A stretch of 64,000 bases of DNA from Eledone cirrhosa. Lineage: Eukaryota. Shown in pieces: positions 27,003-40,865 of the stretch (position 1 is the first letter of the stretch; each line of letters starts with the position of its first letter). Below the pieces are notes generated by a model that ran no database searches, had not been told where the DNA came from, and was given only the letters and a program-made list of their open reading frames with translations. A program made the translations under genes and the position numbers. Location of the stretch: positions 298,902,001 to 298,966,000 of the forward strand of contig OZ024741.1 of assembly GCA_964016885.1 (NCBI GenBank). Direction: 5' to 3'.

Positions 27003-27560
27003 GCTGCCTCAGCGCAGGTCGGCCCGCACGAGACACCGCTCTAAATGATATAAATAGAAGGAGCCTCGACGCGACCGGAGTCCCGTCACAATTTGAGACA
27101 ACTGTCATTCAACATGGTGATCGTAAGCGCCCAGATGGAATAACACTTTTCCCATTCGAGCGTGGCAAATCTCTAATGAGGGAAACTTGCAGGCTGCGAC
27201 ACGTTCTCCATATACAACCCAGTCGCTCTGGCTGCAAACCCGCGCACCGCCACCTACAGCACAGAGGAGAGGAGAGGAAGATAACCAAACGCGGGCTTGA
27301 ATTACACACCGGTCAGTGTAGAGAACGCAGGTGTCTTTAGACCCTGAACTGCTGTTTTTCTTCGAAAGAATGCTGCCCATCTGAGGAATGGGTCCTTGAG
27401 ATAGGGTGGCTATTGCAGAAAATATCGCTGGCCATCTCCACGGCAATAACCTCGCCATTTTGCGCGTGCGATGCAGCTGAAACATACTCCTCAAATTAGG
27501 CGTTCTGTCGCTCATTCCCCACTTACCATATCTTTCGTTCTTTTTCTGTTTTTCTTTTCC
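27003..27560 (+). mobile_element. 3' fragment of a CRE-clade non-LTR retrotransposon (RLE domain), decayed
   Basis: Plus frame reads SAGRPARDTALNDINRRSLDATGVPSQFET...GDRKRPDGITLFPFERGKSL, matching the RH..LND...DGKRPDG.TL.P...GK.L.WD pattern of CRE-type RLE. Later remnants read WLLQKISLAI..GN. Confidence 0.75.
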
Positions 27561-28185
27561 TTTTTTCCTTCTATTCATTATCTTTTGAGTTTCGTTATTG
27601 CCATTTACATTGTGATGATTGGATGGATAAAATTCCGGAGATTGAATCTAGATATCTCCTTCCCTTTCGTTGGTCTTACAATTCGAAAGAGTGTGGGACG
27701 CCATAAGCACGTTAAAAAGCGTAATAGACCAAGAGAGTGATAACGTGGCAGAAAGTGGAATAGAAAGATAAGAAAATAGAGACAAATGCCTGGAAAATAT
27801 AGAGAGATAAGGGGAAAGAGAGATGCGAAAATGAAAGAAAAGAGTGGGTAAAGTAGATGAAAGCGGCTTATATAAAATTTGAAAGAGCAATACGTTACAT
27901 AAGCGCGTTTTAGGTCATGTGCATTATGTAAGTTATATATATGTAAATAATATATCGATAGACGTTAATACAATATTAGTCTCTAATTTTGCAGTGAAGT
28001 ATATTTAGAAGGATTCCAAAGGTTCCAACTGCTAGTTATCCATCCATTTAGAAACTCTCCACACTCTTCCACTTCAGTTCATTCATTGCCGGGGCTTTAA
28101 ACTCTGCATGCTTCTCCTCTTTCTTTGTATAATGACTTTTCATATACATAGGAATCGCCATCAGTTATTACGGTGGGGGTTCACA

Positions 28186-28212
28186 GTGTATATATATATA
28201 TGTGTGTGTGTA

Positions 28213-28255
<43 letters not shown>

Positions 28256-28280
28256 ATATATGTATATGTATATATATATT

Positions 28281-28348
<68 letters not shown>

Positions 28349-28458
28349 AATATATATACATATATATATACCAATATATATATATATACACATATATATA
28401 TGTATATATATATGTGTATATATATTTATACATATATATGTATATATATATATATATG

Positions 28459-28492
<34 letters not shown>

Positions 28493-28706
28493 AGTATATA
28501 TACATACATATATATGTATATATATATACATACATATATATATATATGTGTATATATACATACATATATATATATATATATGTGTATATATGCAGATATA
28601 TGTATATATATATATAAATATATATATATACATACATATATATATTCATATATACATACATATATATATATATTGACTTTTTGCTACACTATTTGCTATA
28701 CCTTTC

Positions 28707-28738
<32 letters not shown>
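28186..28738. repeat. Long compound (TA)n microsatellite
   Basis: Direct reading. Confidence 0.95.
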
Positions 28739-28740
<2 letters not shown>

Positions 28741-29192
28741 TGGCTGCCAACTCGTTTTCGAGTACGGCCACTACTTTATATCCATGTAGGAGAACCCCTA
28801 CCGATGCGCTGAACGAGTGTGACTTTTTAGTCCAGCCAGCGACTTGAAAACTCTGGTACAAACACTACACTTGTGACAATTATTGACACATAGTGCAGGG
28901 CCCATGGTACCATGTGATGACAAGTGCAGAGTGATCTCCAGATATAAAGCAATGCCTGTGCCGTGAAGCTTTTATAGTGAGTAAAGGCACTGCACAATGC
29001 CAGTCCCACTCTCTTAACCAAGATGATATTTACCAAAAAGAAGAACAAGTCAACATCATTGGATACCATCAGGGTTGCAGGTGTTATATCAGAGTTTTCC
29101 TTCTCCTAGAATTCTGCCTTGACAAAGGCTAAGGGGTCATCTCTCCCGGTGATTTTGGATGGCCATTGACTCTTAAGAGCTCCCTTGCCCTT

Positions 29193-29233
<41 letters not shown>

Positions 29234-29304
29234 CATTTTGATTTATCTTAATTTTGGATATATATCTATATATATGTATATTTTTTTATATATCATTTTT
29301 TATC

Positions 29305-30330
29305 TTAGATATAACACGTGTTAGATTCCGGGACTTCCACACGGGAATATACCGTGACGATGGACTGACTTTATCGAGCCATAAAAGTGGTCACGACCTC
29401 GACCGGTTTAAAAAAGAGTTAGCTTCTACCTTCAATGAGTTACACCTTAGGATAACATTAGCCACCAACCTCTCTAGCGTAGATTTCTTAGACATCAATT
29501 TAGACCTTCGCACAGACACCCACATACCCTTCCATAAGCTAAACGAGAAACTTAATTACATTCACAAGGACTCATGCCACCCTCCCACTGTTTTTAGAAA
29601 CTTCGTTAAGAATATCAGTACTAGAATCTCAATCCTCTCCTCTAATAAGGCTATCTTTGACAGGGCGGCACCCTACTATAACACGGCGTTGGCTAACAGC
29701 GGCTTCTCGCAACCTATCACTTACTCTCCCACTAACAACAACAGCAATAAGAAAAGTAAGCGTAACAATAGACAGACTATCTGGTTCTCTCCTCCCTTCT
29801 CACTCAACGTTAAAACCAATGTAGGAAAAACATTTCTAGCCCTCTTAGATAGACACTTCCCCATAGGTCATAAATACCGCTCCATCTTTAACCGACACAA
29901 AGTTAAACTAGGATACTCCTGCGCTAAGAACGTGAAGGCCCACATCGCCAGCAGCGCTATGAGCAACACACCACCATGGTGCTCTTGCTGTAGGCCTGAA
30001 GCTTGCCCCCTTCAACAGCAATGCACCACACCAACTGTAATCTATGAAGCTGTGGTCACTTCCAACCGACCAAACGAAACACAGGACGTCAAATCCTATG
30101 TGGGCATGGTGGAGGGCCGATTCAAGGAGCGTTTTCTGAACCACCAGTCTACTTCAAGGTACCCGGACAGACGTTCATCCACGAAACTCGCGAGCCACGT
30201 ATGTTCCCTCAATGACTCAAGTATAGGCTACTCCATTCAATGGAAAGCCATCACTAAGTCCAAGCCATACGCAAGTGGAAATCCGCCGTGTGGCTTATGT
30301 TTTGACGAACGAATAACTATCCTAAAATAA
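29305..30330 (+). mobile_element. Penelope-like element fragment: RT C-terminal half plus GIY-YIG endonuclease
   Basis: GIYRDDGL, VDFLDINLDL, YIHKDSCHPP, IWFSPPFS, C.C...CPL, VIYEAVV...YVGMVEGRFKERFLNH, CGLC. Truncated at both ends. Confidence 0.9.
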
Positions 30331-30364
30331 AATTTAAAATAAAATAATTATATATATATATATA

Positions 30365-30724
30365 CGCGATTCTTTAATTTCTTCAAATAACCAAAGTCTC
30401 ACTCACGTATCAAATATCAAATATCTTAAAACGCACGCAAGGGTAAAAATACAAAAAAAATAATATGACTACTGACCAGCTAGCCCACAACGGACGAAAT
30501 TTGATCTAAAAATGAAATTGACCTCTTAATAAACACATGGTTTTCTCTGTCACAAACATCAAACATTAACGTGTCATGTCTGAATGAAATTGCTGAAAAA
30601 CAGCTCAAACATTTACCACGAGGTCTGCTAAGCAGATACACAACAAACTAAAACATGTGGGAAATCTCAAACTAATTCAAAACCATTTTGAAAAACTACG
30701 ACATATTTACCTCAATGGACAAAC

Positions 30725-30775
<51 letters not shown>

Positions 30776-33700
30776 GCAGCAGCCAGAAAACCAGGAGCAA
30801 CCAGTACTGGATTCAAGCACAATAGCTGAATTACTAAATGACAGTATCACTCAGCCACTAACTCAGCCATCATTATCGCCATCACCATCACCACCATCAC
30901 CATCTTCTGTCACATCAACATCTTCTGCCACACCAACTGCTAGTAATGGACCACTGCTCTCTCTCCCACCACAGTTGTCATCATCATCATCACCACTAAT
31001 GCTTTCTTCCCCCACATCACCACCACGGCCATGCCATAGTCAAGAAGAACTTTAAAAAAAAATCTATGGATTTGTATGCACCCCCCACTACACATTGTAG
31101 AAACCCCAAAATATGCCGTACTAGGCGCACTAACACAGCCAGCCAACACCAAAGCACGCTGCCCGCACGTCTAGGTCGCAGTCACAAACATCTGCCAACA
31201 TTCCCAACGTGAGAGGCTATGTCTGCTGACTGACTGTCCCTTCACTCCTCTTCCTGGGACACAACGCACGAGCAGAAAAGGGGCTGCATGCCAACCCACA
31301 AACCACAATAAAGCCACCCTTGCTGCGGTAATGCTGCTCCAGTCTCCTCAGAAAGACATGATTACAACAACAAAAACAACAAAAGTAATGCTGCTCCAGT
31401 CTTTTTACAAAGACACGATTACAACAACAACAAATACAACAACACCAAAAATAACGCTGCTCCAGTCTTTTCACAAAGACACAATTACAACAAATACAAC
31501 AACAACAACAACAAAAGAGGGAACTGCAACCCTATCCAATGTTGTAACCACAAATCCAATCAAAAACTGCTCCTTGAACAAAAAAAAAATCTTTCTTATT
31601 TAGCCATGAACCTGGTAAAAGAGATAGAGAAAAATATTTTAGCCATCACCCAACACCATCCTTGCTGTCACTAACACACAATCACAAAAGAATCCTCTTG
31701 CAACAGTCAAAACCAGCCACCAAACTAGCCTCCACATTCTTACTCAATACACAAGGTATCAGCCCGTCCATCAATGCACAGAAATGGAAGATTCAATTCA
31801 TTGAGGATTGGGTTGGTAACCATCCATTTCACACCCCCTTCTTCATTCTTACTGAGACCCACCTTGACAACTCCCACTTGGAGGCCGAAGTAAGAGTGAG
31901 ATATTTCACAACCATCCGTGCGGTTCGTGTTGGCAGAAGGAAGGGTGGAACTGCCATTTTCTTGCATGATTCCTTTACGGCAGATGGCAACACAACATTC
32001 TCTAATGGATACTGTGAATCAGTCACTGTGCACAATAAAGCCAATGACCTGACATTAGTTGGGCTCTATAGGCCACCACAAACACCCATAATCTGCTTCA
32101 AAGAGTGCCTCAACAGTATTAAATGCTTTATTAAACAGTGTCATTTTAGCAACATGCTTTTGATGGGAGACTTTAATCTGCCCTGTGTCGATTGGTCTAC
32201 ATGTAGTTTGAAACCAGGCTCCACAGCCGCAACCACTGACAAAGAGGCTGTCGAGTCACTTCTTGACTTCATGAATGAGTTTTTCTTGTCCCAACTTGTC
32301 CTTGCACCAACGAGGCATCAGAAGAACATTCTGGATCTCGTGTTTAGTAACCACACTAACACTATACATAATATTACAGTAAAAAACCCTTCTCTCAGAC
32401 CATGACATGGTTCTTTGTAACCTGAGATTCCACCAGCCGAAAGCTAATCCAAGGGTCCTCTCTCCAGCCCACCCATTTGATAACATGGATCTCTACAATG
32501 CCAACTGGGATGCAATTATGAACGAACTATCACATGTCGACTGGTCTTTTACACACGCACACACTTCCACCAACATCAAAACATCTTGGCAGATCTTTGT
32601 AGACACTGTCACACACTGTCACAAATATATGTACAAAACACACCCCACCAAACCTATGAACAAAACCAAGTGCAGTATCGCCCAAAACAGAAAAACAATT
32701 ATCAGAAAAATAAAAAGAACAAACAAAAAAATTAACACACTAAAATACTGCCAACAGCAACACACACATTCAATGGCTATCACCCTGCTTGAGTAAAAAA
32801 AATATAACCTCCAGCAATGCATGATGACCATCATCAATAACCAGAGAATAGCTGGAGAGAGGTGGGCCATTGAGAAAATCAAACTCAAGCCCAAAGTGTT
32901 CTTTTCATTTGCTAAAAAAAACAAGGTCACCGTCTCCACTGTGGCCCCCTAGTTGATGAAAATGGCACACTCCAGGATAATGCCAAAACCATGGGCCAGA
33001 TACTGCAGAAATAATACTGTTCTGTTTTCAGCAATCCTGATATGGCCGGTCTGGGCCGTACCAGTGATATTAACCCCCAACACACTATATTAGGCATAAC
33101 GTTTGGCTCCCCTGATGTCTTAGCAGCAATAAACGAAATTAAACACAATTCATCAGTAGGCCCTGACAGGTTCCCTGCTTGTGTCCTGAAGGTGTGTCGA
33201 CACCAACTTGCATCTACTCTTGCTAATCTGTGGAGGAACTCACTCGACACTGGCTATATTCCTGAAAAGTTTATGACCCAGTGCGTTGTTCCAGTCTTCA
33301 AAAAGGGAAATAAGTCCCTTGCAGTGAACTACCGTCCGATCTCACTCACCTCTCCGACACTGATGTCATCTACCTTGACTTCAGTAAGGCCTTCGACAGG
33401 GTTGATAATAAGATTCTACTGAAAAAACTATCCAATGTTGGTATCTCTGGAAGGTTACTACAGTGGATCAAATGTTTCCTGACAGGCAGAACCCAGCATG
33501 TTGTAGTCGAAGGAGTAAAATCAAGCCCTGCCAAAGTCAGCAGTGGCGTCCCACAAGGCACTGTGTTGGGCCCACTTCTTTTCATCATCTACATTAATGA
33601 CATTACTGACATCATCAAGGACAGCAACATCATAATCTTCGCAGATGATTCCAAGCTCCAAAGGGTCATCAATGAGGTGGGTGACCGGACTTGCATTCAG

Positions 33701-34291
33701 TCAGACCTACTGGCTGTTATCCAATGGGCAGAAATGAATAATATGCTGTTGAATGAGGATAAATTTGAATTAATCCACTTTGGTTTAAAGGATGCCCTGA
33801 AACTACAATACTCTCTTCCTTCGGGTGAAACTCTAGTGGCATCCAATAACATCAGAAGCCTGGAAGTAATTGTGGACAACAACATAAGCTGGACCATTCA
33901 TATAAACAGCAAAGTTGATATGGCCCGCAGAATGTGTACACCCAAGGCTTGGGCCCCGTGCTATCCGCCCTCGACAAACATCTCACTCGCATCACATAAC
34001 AACAATACAGCACAATTATTTCACCTCAATTTGCCCTGCACTCTTTAACATTACACCAAGACACATCAAAGCAGAGACAGACCCCATCAAGTTCAAGAAG
34101 TCTTTGGATATATTCCTTCAAGAAATCCCGGATAAGCCTCCTACACCCGGATATGCCTCCGTAAACAATAACTCTCTGCTCGAGTGGGCCATGGTGCCCA
34201 AACACTGATTTATAAGACTTCGCCAGGTGGTGCTATTAACTTAGACATGGCCTGGGCCAATACTTGCCGAAACCTATCAAAGTTATCAAAG

Positions 34292-34293
<2 letters not shown>
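30365..34293 (+). mobile_element. CR1-type LINE, degenerate and near full length (ORF1 remnants with polyQ; APE-RT ORF2 with frameshifts and internal deletions)
   Basis: ILTETHL, LYRPP, MGDFNLP, ILDLVFSN, GPDRFP, NYRPISLTS, IYLDFSKAFD, SGVPQGTVLGPLLF, FADDSKL; 3' tail (CAAAGTTAT)n before (TA)n. Confidence 0.9.
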
Positions 34294-34360
<67 letters not shown>

Positions 34361-34365
34361 TATGC

Positions 34366-36977
34366 ATCAGTAATATGTGTCACATATCGGCCCAGTCCTG
34401 AGGGTAAATTTGAGGATAGCCTCAGTAGGATAGAAGAGGTCCTTGACAAACTGGACCAGGGTCTCAACATTCTACTGCTGCGAGACTACAACCTGCCAAA
34501 GATCAAATGGCCTGAAGGCCACCTACTCCCTGATATGACGTCAATAGAACAGAGACAGACGGAGTCCCTGTTGGCCCTCAAAAACAGGCTGTTCATGGAA
34601 CAAGCAGTACTCCTCCCAACAAAAGGCGAAAATGTCCTGGAGCTCTGTTTTACAAACAACGATGTGCTCATCCACAATGTAAAGGTGACACCAACAATTT
34701 TCTCGGATTATAACTTAGTAAAACTAATGATATGTGGTCCGAGAGAACCAACAGAGACACAACCATAAAGAAGCTCCGGGACGTTATCCGGCCTTAACTT
34801 CTACAAGGCTAACTGGAAAAAGATCAAGAGAGAAATGAGGAAGCAAATATGGAGCGAAAACACTGCCACACAAGACATCAACACACAATTTCAACACTTC
34901 ATGACAACGATACACACTATATGCAAAATGTTTGTCCCGGAGAAAAAGGCAAACAGACACAAAAAAAAAATCTTATTCCCGGAGATAGGAAAATCCTTAT
35001 GAGACGTAGAACCAAGCTCTCAAACCAGTTGAATGCACAACAAAACAAAAACAAGAAGGAATCCTATTTGAAACGTGCACTACTTGAGACCGAGATTGCA
35101 CTCAAACTTTCCCTTGAAAATGACAGGGCAAAGAAAGAAAGCAAGGCCATAGAAAATATTAAAACAAACCCTAAGGCCTTCTTTAAATTTCCAAAACGCG
35201 GTACACTGCAAGATTGGGCCACTCTTCCATACAGACGTTTCATTAACGAAGAATCCCCAAGAGATATGTGAAATACTGAACGAACAGTACAAAAGTGTGT
35301 TCACATGTCCACTGAGGCACAGCACATGAAAATAACAAAACCAGAGGAGTTCTTTGATGCCACAACACTACATGAAGAAATGGCGACCATCAACCACATA
35401 GACATAACGGAGGAGGACGTGGTATACGCCATAGATGAAATTAGAACAGACTCAGCTGCTGGACCTGATGTATTCCCAGCAGTCCTCTTAAAAACATGTA
35501 AGCGGGCCTTAGCAACTCCACTGAAGATGCTCTTCAGAAGCTCCTATGGCTAGCGGTATACTACCCATGGCGCTGAAAGAGGGCACAATATGCCCTATCC
35601 ATAAATGAGGTAGCAGAGCGGAGGCCAAAAGCTATAGGTCAGTCTCCCTGACGTCGCATATCAGTAAGGTCATGGAGCGAGTCGTCAGAAAGAAACTGAT
35701 CACTTTCTTCGGGGAAAATGACCGCCTGACTAGCACGCAGCGTGGCTTCCGCCCAGGAAGAAGCTACCTTACACAGCTGCTACATCACTATGACTGGGTA
35801 CTGAAACAACTGCTAGACAGCTCTCATGTGGACGTGATATATCTTGACTTTGCGAAGGCCTTTGACAAGGTCGACCACGGAATGATATGTCACAAACTAC
35901 ACGGACTCGGCATAACTGGAAAAGTGAGTGGCTGCACGTCTTCTTAAAGGACAGAAGCCAGACAGTTGCAGAAAACGGGGCCCTCTCAAAGGAAACATCA
36001 ATAACAGGTGGGGTGCTCCAAGGCACAATCCTGGGACCCCTACTGTTTTTGGTGGCTCTCTCAAACATGCCCTCTGTAGTACATACAACAACATCCCTCA
36101 CTAGCTATGCTGATGACACTAAGGTAGCACTGGTAGTAAAAAACCCGGCTGACACTGCCCTTTTACAACAATATCTTGATGCCCTATACAAATGGAAGCC
36201 AACAACATTCAGTTTAATGCTGGCAAATTCCAAGCCCTACAATGCAAACCTGCAAACACAAATACAGTACAACACAGTTACGCAGGACCAGGAGGGACCG
36301 ATATCCCCGTGTCAAAATCGATACGAGACTTGAGCAATGATGCATCTTTTTCCTCACACATCATGAAAGTGGCGACAATGTGCAGACGACTCGCTGGCTG
36401 GATCTTGAGGACTTTCCGGACAAGAGACTGAGACACAATGTTGACACTAGGGAGGACATTTGTCCTAAGCCGCCTGGACTATTGCTCCCAGTTGTGGTCA
36501 CCCCATAGTGTCAAACTAACCACGGAGTTGAGGCAATCCAGCGAAGATACACCAAGAGGATTGCCACGATGAAGGAGATAAGCTACTGGGAGAGGCTAAA
36601 ATAACTGAACCTCTAATCCTTGGAACGAAGACTGGGGAGCTACGCAGTGATCTACATGTGGAAAATCCTGTAGGAACTAGCACCAAACTTTTGCATTGGG
36701 AGCTGGACCAACCGTCGAACAGGACGTCACTGTGTGGTGCCAAATGTCCCGTCTTCCACATCTAGATGTCTTCAAGAAACATCTCGACACCTTGCTACCA
36801 GGATCCCGGATGAGCCCACAGCAAGGCACGAGGGAAACCTAAGGGCAGCAGCAACAAACTCCCTCTTGCACCAGTGGCCAACCAATGCAGGCTGGAGATA
36901 AAATGTGTAGCAACGAGGGCGGTGCCCCAGCATGGCCTCACCGGATGGCTGGAACAGGTAAAAGAGTAAAAGAGTAT
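34366..36977 (+). mobile_element. Second CR1-type LINE, 5'-truncated ORF2, degenerate
   Basis: TYRPSP, DYNLP, AGPDVFP, QRGFRPGRS, IYLDFAKAFDKVDH, QGTILGPLLF, YADDTKV, DYCSQLWSP; 3' tail (AAAAGAGT)n before (TA)n. Confidence 0.9.
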
Positions 36978-36985
36978 GTACATAT

Positions 36986-37066
<81 letters not shown>

Positions 37067-37080
37067 ACATATATATATAT

Positions 37081-37707
37081 AGTGGTGGAACACTGGAAGG
37101 TAATATCCGTAGTGGTAGAGCACTTAGTCCAAGGGACGAGTTAGGTAGAAGGGGTTACACAACAGTTAGTTCACCATACCGAGAACAATTGTTTCACCTT
37201 CGCGGATCTTCAGCTCGGGATGTGTATGGTTATAGGAACAGGAAGGACAACCGTACGAACGCGCATGCGCAGAAACTCGGTCACTTCACACAGGCACTAC
37301 TAGACAGCGTGCGAGAGGTGTAAGGGAGATAACTGCGAAAGTCCGGAAAGTTTTTAGGTTGAAAATAAAATAAAAAAATTAAAAATAAAATTACAAAGAA
37401 TCAGTCCGGAGCCTTGTAGTTATGCAATAGATGTTTGGTGACGCGTGGACAACGTGTGAAAAATTGACTTCTCGTGTTTAGGCAATTACTATTGCGTAAT
37501 CTCTTTATGATAGTTATTCGTTCGGTAACACGTCGGATTTCCACTTGCGTATGACTTGGACATAGTGATGTCTTTCCATTGAATGGAGTAGCCTATACTT
37601 GAGTCCTTGAGGCACCATACATGGCTCGCGAGTTTCGTGGATGAACGTCTGTCCGGGTATCTGAAGGTAGACTGGTGGTTCAGGAAAGGCTCCTTGAATC
37701 GGCCCTC
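37081..37707 (-). mobile_element. 3' end of the same PLE family as 29305-30330 (GIY-YIG C-terminus plus 3'UTR)
   Basis: Minus strand EGRFKEPFLNHQSTFRYPDRRSSTKLASHV... nearly identical to 30112-30320, continuing to a stop at ~37402 and a 3'UTR that ends in (TA)n. Confidence 0.88.
37179..37218 (-). ncRNA. Minimal type-I hammerhead in PLE 3'UTR
   Basis: ccgag CTGAAGA tccgcgaaggt GAAA caattgTT ctcgg; stem I ccgag/ctcgg, palindromic stem III acaattgt. Confidence 0.75.
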
Positions 37708-37709
37708 TA

Positions 37710-37952
37710 ATAAGCTAATAAGCTAATAAGCTTGAAACTAGTACATCGTTCCTTTGTCAGTGTTGAACAAAAGGGCAACGATGGTTGCTAAACACTGTAC
37801 GGCTTAATTCGGGATGTTTGTTTACAAACAAACCGAGCATTATAATAAATGTTCGGTAAATCCATACGTACATCTATATATGTGTGCATGTATGTATATA
37901 TATATACATACTATTGTACGTCTGTATACATATATGTATGTACGTATACATA
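37710..37952 (+). mobile_element. 3' segment of hammerhead family C (full motif at 61139-61181)
   Basis: agctaataagcttgaaactagtacatcgttcc...gttcggtaaa is colinear with 61153-61392. Confidence 0.75.
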
Positions 37953-37999
<47 letters not shown>

Positions 38000-38001
<2 letters not shown>

Positions 38002-38933
38002 TTCCAACTTGTAGAATTCTTATAACAAAACGATCGTATGGAAAGAGAGATTTATTTAATTATGTCTCATATAAAATAATACAGCCGACTATCCACGAAA
38101 TACAATATAGTTAGCACCCCAAATGTATAATTGGGATTATAGTTAGATATATCCTAATATTTGTTGAGTGAGATGGGAGTTGGTCGGAGTATCGCTAAGA
38201 ACTTTCTCTGTTAATGTATTAAATATTATACTCTTGGATGGCCAGATATGAAAATTCCAGATCTTTAGGTATGACTATCTTTATTTATTCTTTATATGAA
38301 ATATTGATTGTTTCTTCCTGTATCTCATGTCTGTTATTTTGCCTGAGACAATACCTCTATTTATATATAAATAATACGTACATATATTTATCTTTTTAAT
38401 ATCCAGTTGAGTTCTTCACACGTGGTTAGAATTCCTCACAGGGTTCAATGACATGCCTGTATATTATTTTATGTTTTTTACGATGACCTCCCCTTCCCAT
38501 TTGGGGACAGTGTGGAATTTCTTTTTGAAGGACTGCTGGACTTTCAAACTTAGCGGTTCTTCTAGCACTGACGGAGACCATCGCTAAATATCAATATCAA
38601 TGTAGTTTTTTATATTGATATTGCCTGGGCATCCACTAATGAATTATAAGAGCCCACTTGCATGGATATCTATGGATTATATGCAAGCTTCTACATAATT
38701 GGACATTATTTTCCCACCTTGTAGAAATCTTATAACGAAACGAACGTATGGAAAGAGAGATTTATTTAATTATGTCTCATATAAAATAATACAACCAACT
38801 ATCCACGAAATACAATATAGTTAGAACCCCAAACGTATAATTGGGATTGTACTTAGGTATATACTAATGTTTATTGAGTGAGATGGAAGTTGGTCGGAGT
38901 ATCGCTAAGAGCTTTCTCTGTTAATGTATTAAA
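38000..38933. repeat. ~225-bp direct repeat (38000-38223 and ~38710-38933) around a ~480-bp spacer, between (TA)n tracts
   Basis: ttttcc(a)acttgtagaa...ttctctgttaatgtattaaa occurs twice with scattered substitutions. Confidence 0.85.
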
Positions 38934-38987
38934 TATATATATATATATATATACATATATATAAATTAAATACACAGATATATTTGT

Positions 38988-39043
<56 letters not shown>

Positions 39044-39080
39044 TACAGTATATATATATGTATAAATACACGTATAGCTT

Positions 39081-39187
<107 letters not shown>

Positions 39188-39439
39188 ATATATATATATA
39201 CATATATATTTATACATATATGCTTTCACCGTATTTTAGACTAAAGAAATTTCTAGCCTGATAGTGGGGTTTATAACCCTCGGAGAAATGGAAAAAGATG
39301 AGTGTTGCCGTACATGGGAGTCGAGCCCACATATTTGGTTATCCAGACCACTGTGCGACCATTACACCAATACACATCCCGTCTCCTTCCATTCGAATTA
39401 GAAGCTATGAAGTTAGCAAATGCTTTGCGGTATATTTAC

Positions 39440-39582
39440 ATTTTGAGTTCAAATCCTACCAAGGTTAGCTTTGCCTTTCATCCTTACAAGGTCAATAAAA
39501 TAAAGTACTAGTAATGCACTGGAGTCGATTTGATGACTTTCCCCTCTCCCCAAATTGCTGGCCTTGTTCCTATAATAGAAAT
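39440..39582 (+). mobile_element. SINE 3' part, enclosed by a 30-bp inverted repeat of a tRNA-like repeat
   Basis: SINE core. aaatggaaaaagatgagtgttgccgtacat (39285-39314) versus atgtacggcaacactcatcttttcccattt (39589-39618). Confidence 0.7.
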
Positions 39583-39704
39583 CATTATATGTACGGCAAC
39601 ACTCATCTTTTCCCATTTGTTGAGTGCTTCCAATCATTGTAAAACTAATTCTTTGATTTATTCATCGAACCTTGTTTAACCTTTAAATATATATATATAT
39701 ATAT

Positions 39705-40718
39705 AGAAAGGATGAATATAAAATGAAAGTGCTTTTGTTAAAAAAGGAATTTATTAGGTATTGACATATGTTTCTGTAACAGACCGAATACCTATGTATC
39801 GCTGCTTGCGTAATCATATAATGTTAGCAAGTATTCGATAGCAAATGTATAATCAGTTGTCACTTCTTCAGAGATTTTGGATAAACTGGATAAAATCAGA
39901 AAAATTGAAGTATTTATATTAGTAAAAGAGGAAGGAACAGAGGGGATAGTATATGACAGATGGTAAAATAATTTACTGCTAAACAAGTATATAATGGGTT
40001 TCTAATGAGAATCCCATGAGTAAATCTAAATAAGAATTTTGGGAGTGCCAATTTTAATCTCTACTTGACCAACTGGACAGTGGACAGAGCTGGTCATTTG
40101 GTGCAGTAGTATTAATTATAAAGTGTCAATTGGTGAAGGAGGAGATTTCGATTGCTACTAAATAACATCAATGCTAGTAGCCAGCTGGTATATGCATTAG
40201 GGAATTGAATCAAGAAATCAGAAATCTCATGTTATCTATAGCAGTTTGTATTAAAAGGTAAATAATAGAAGAGTTGATAGAATTAAGACTAATAAAGAAT
40301 GTTCATATCTATTTTGACAATCAAACGGGGATAGAGACAGGCGTTCAATCCTGGTAGTATTTATAATATGAAAATGTAGATTTTAAGCGATGGTTACAGT
40401 ATAACGATCGCTCTATTCTGTTATTTAATAAAATGTTTTTGGATTTCATAATACAAAATAATTCTACATTACATAATTTACAAAATTCCTGTCCATGGGA
40501 ATATGGGGGGGGGGGGGGGGGGGCAGCCGCTATTATATCCCATTTTAGGTGAAATTGTTGGCTATTTTCACGCAGCTGCCAAGCCTTGTCTGCGAGTGTT
40601 GTTACATAACGCTGGTTTTCATGTTTTATCGAGTAACGATGTCTATAAAGGCGTGATTTGAAGGAGGTGGCTGTAGATCCCACATAGTACCACTTCTGTC
40701 TATCCGATTCGATAGTAC

Positions 40719-40720
<2 letters not shown>
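39705..40720 (-). mobile_element. 5'-truncated PLE (GIY-YIG C-terminal part, 3'UTR with hammerhead-like motif ~39758-39876), flanked by (TA)n
   Basis: WYYVGSTATSFKSRLYRH...LKWDII...CKLCNVELFCI...LLNNRIE...CNHR. 3'UTR has CTGAAGA agtgaca...tgttaca GAAA catatGTC. Confidence 0.8.
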
Positions 40721-40759
<39 letters not shown>

Positions 40760-40810
40760 ATTAAGTCAAATAGGTAAAATTTGGCTTCGTATATTACAAA
40801 TTATAGATGT

Positions 40811-40865
40811 ACTGCTATATATATTTCGGTGACAGCCATCAATGGCTGTGACGTCTTCAGGCAGT
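40811..40865 (-). ncRNA. Type-I hammerhead motif (family D)
   Basis: actgc CTGAAGA cgtcacagccattgatggctgtcacc GAAA tatataTA gcagt. Confidence 0.75.

Noticed and set aside
39305-39370. tRNA-like sequence on the minus strand (tggtgtaatggtcgc...ggctcgactccc)
   Set aside because: Has A/B-box-like motifs but no convincing cloverleaf or acceptor stem; treated as a tRNA-derived repeat head
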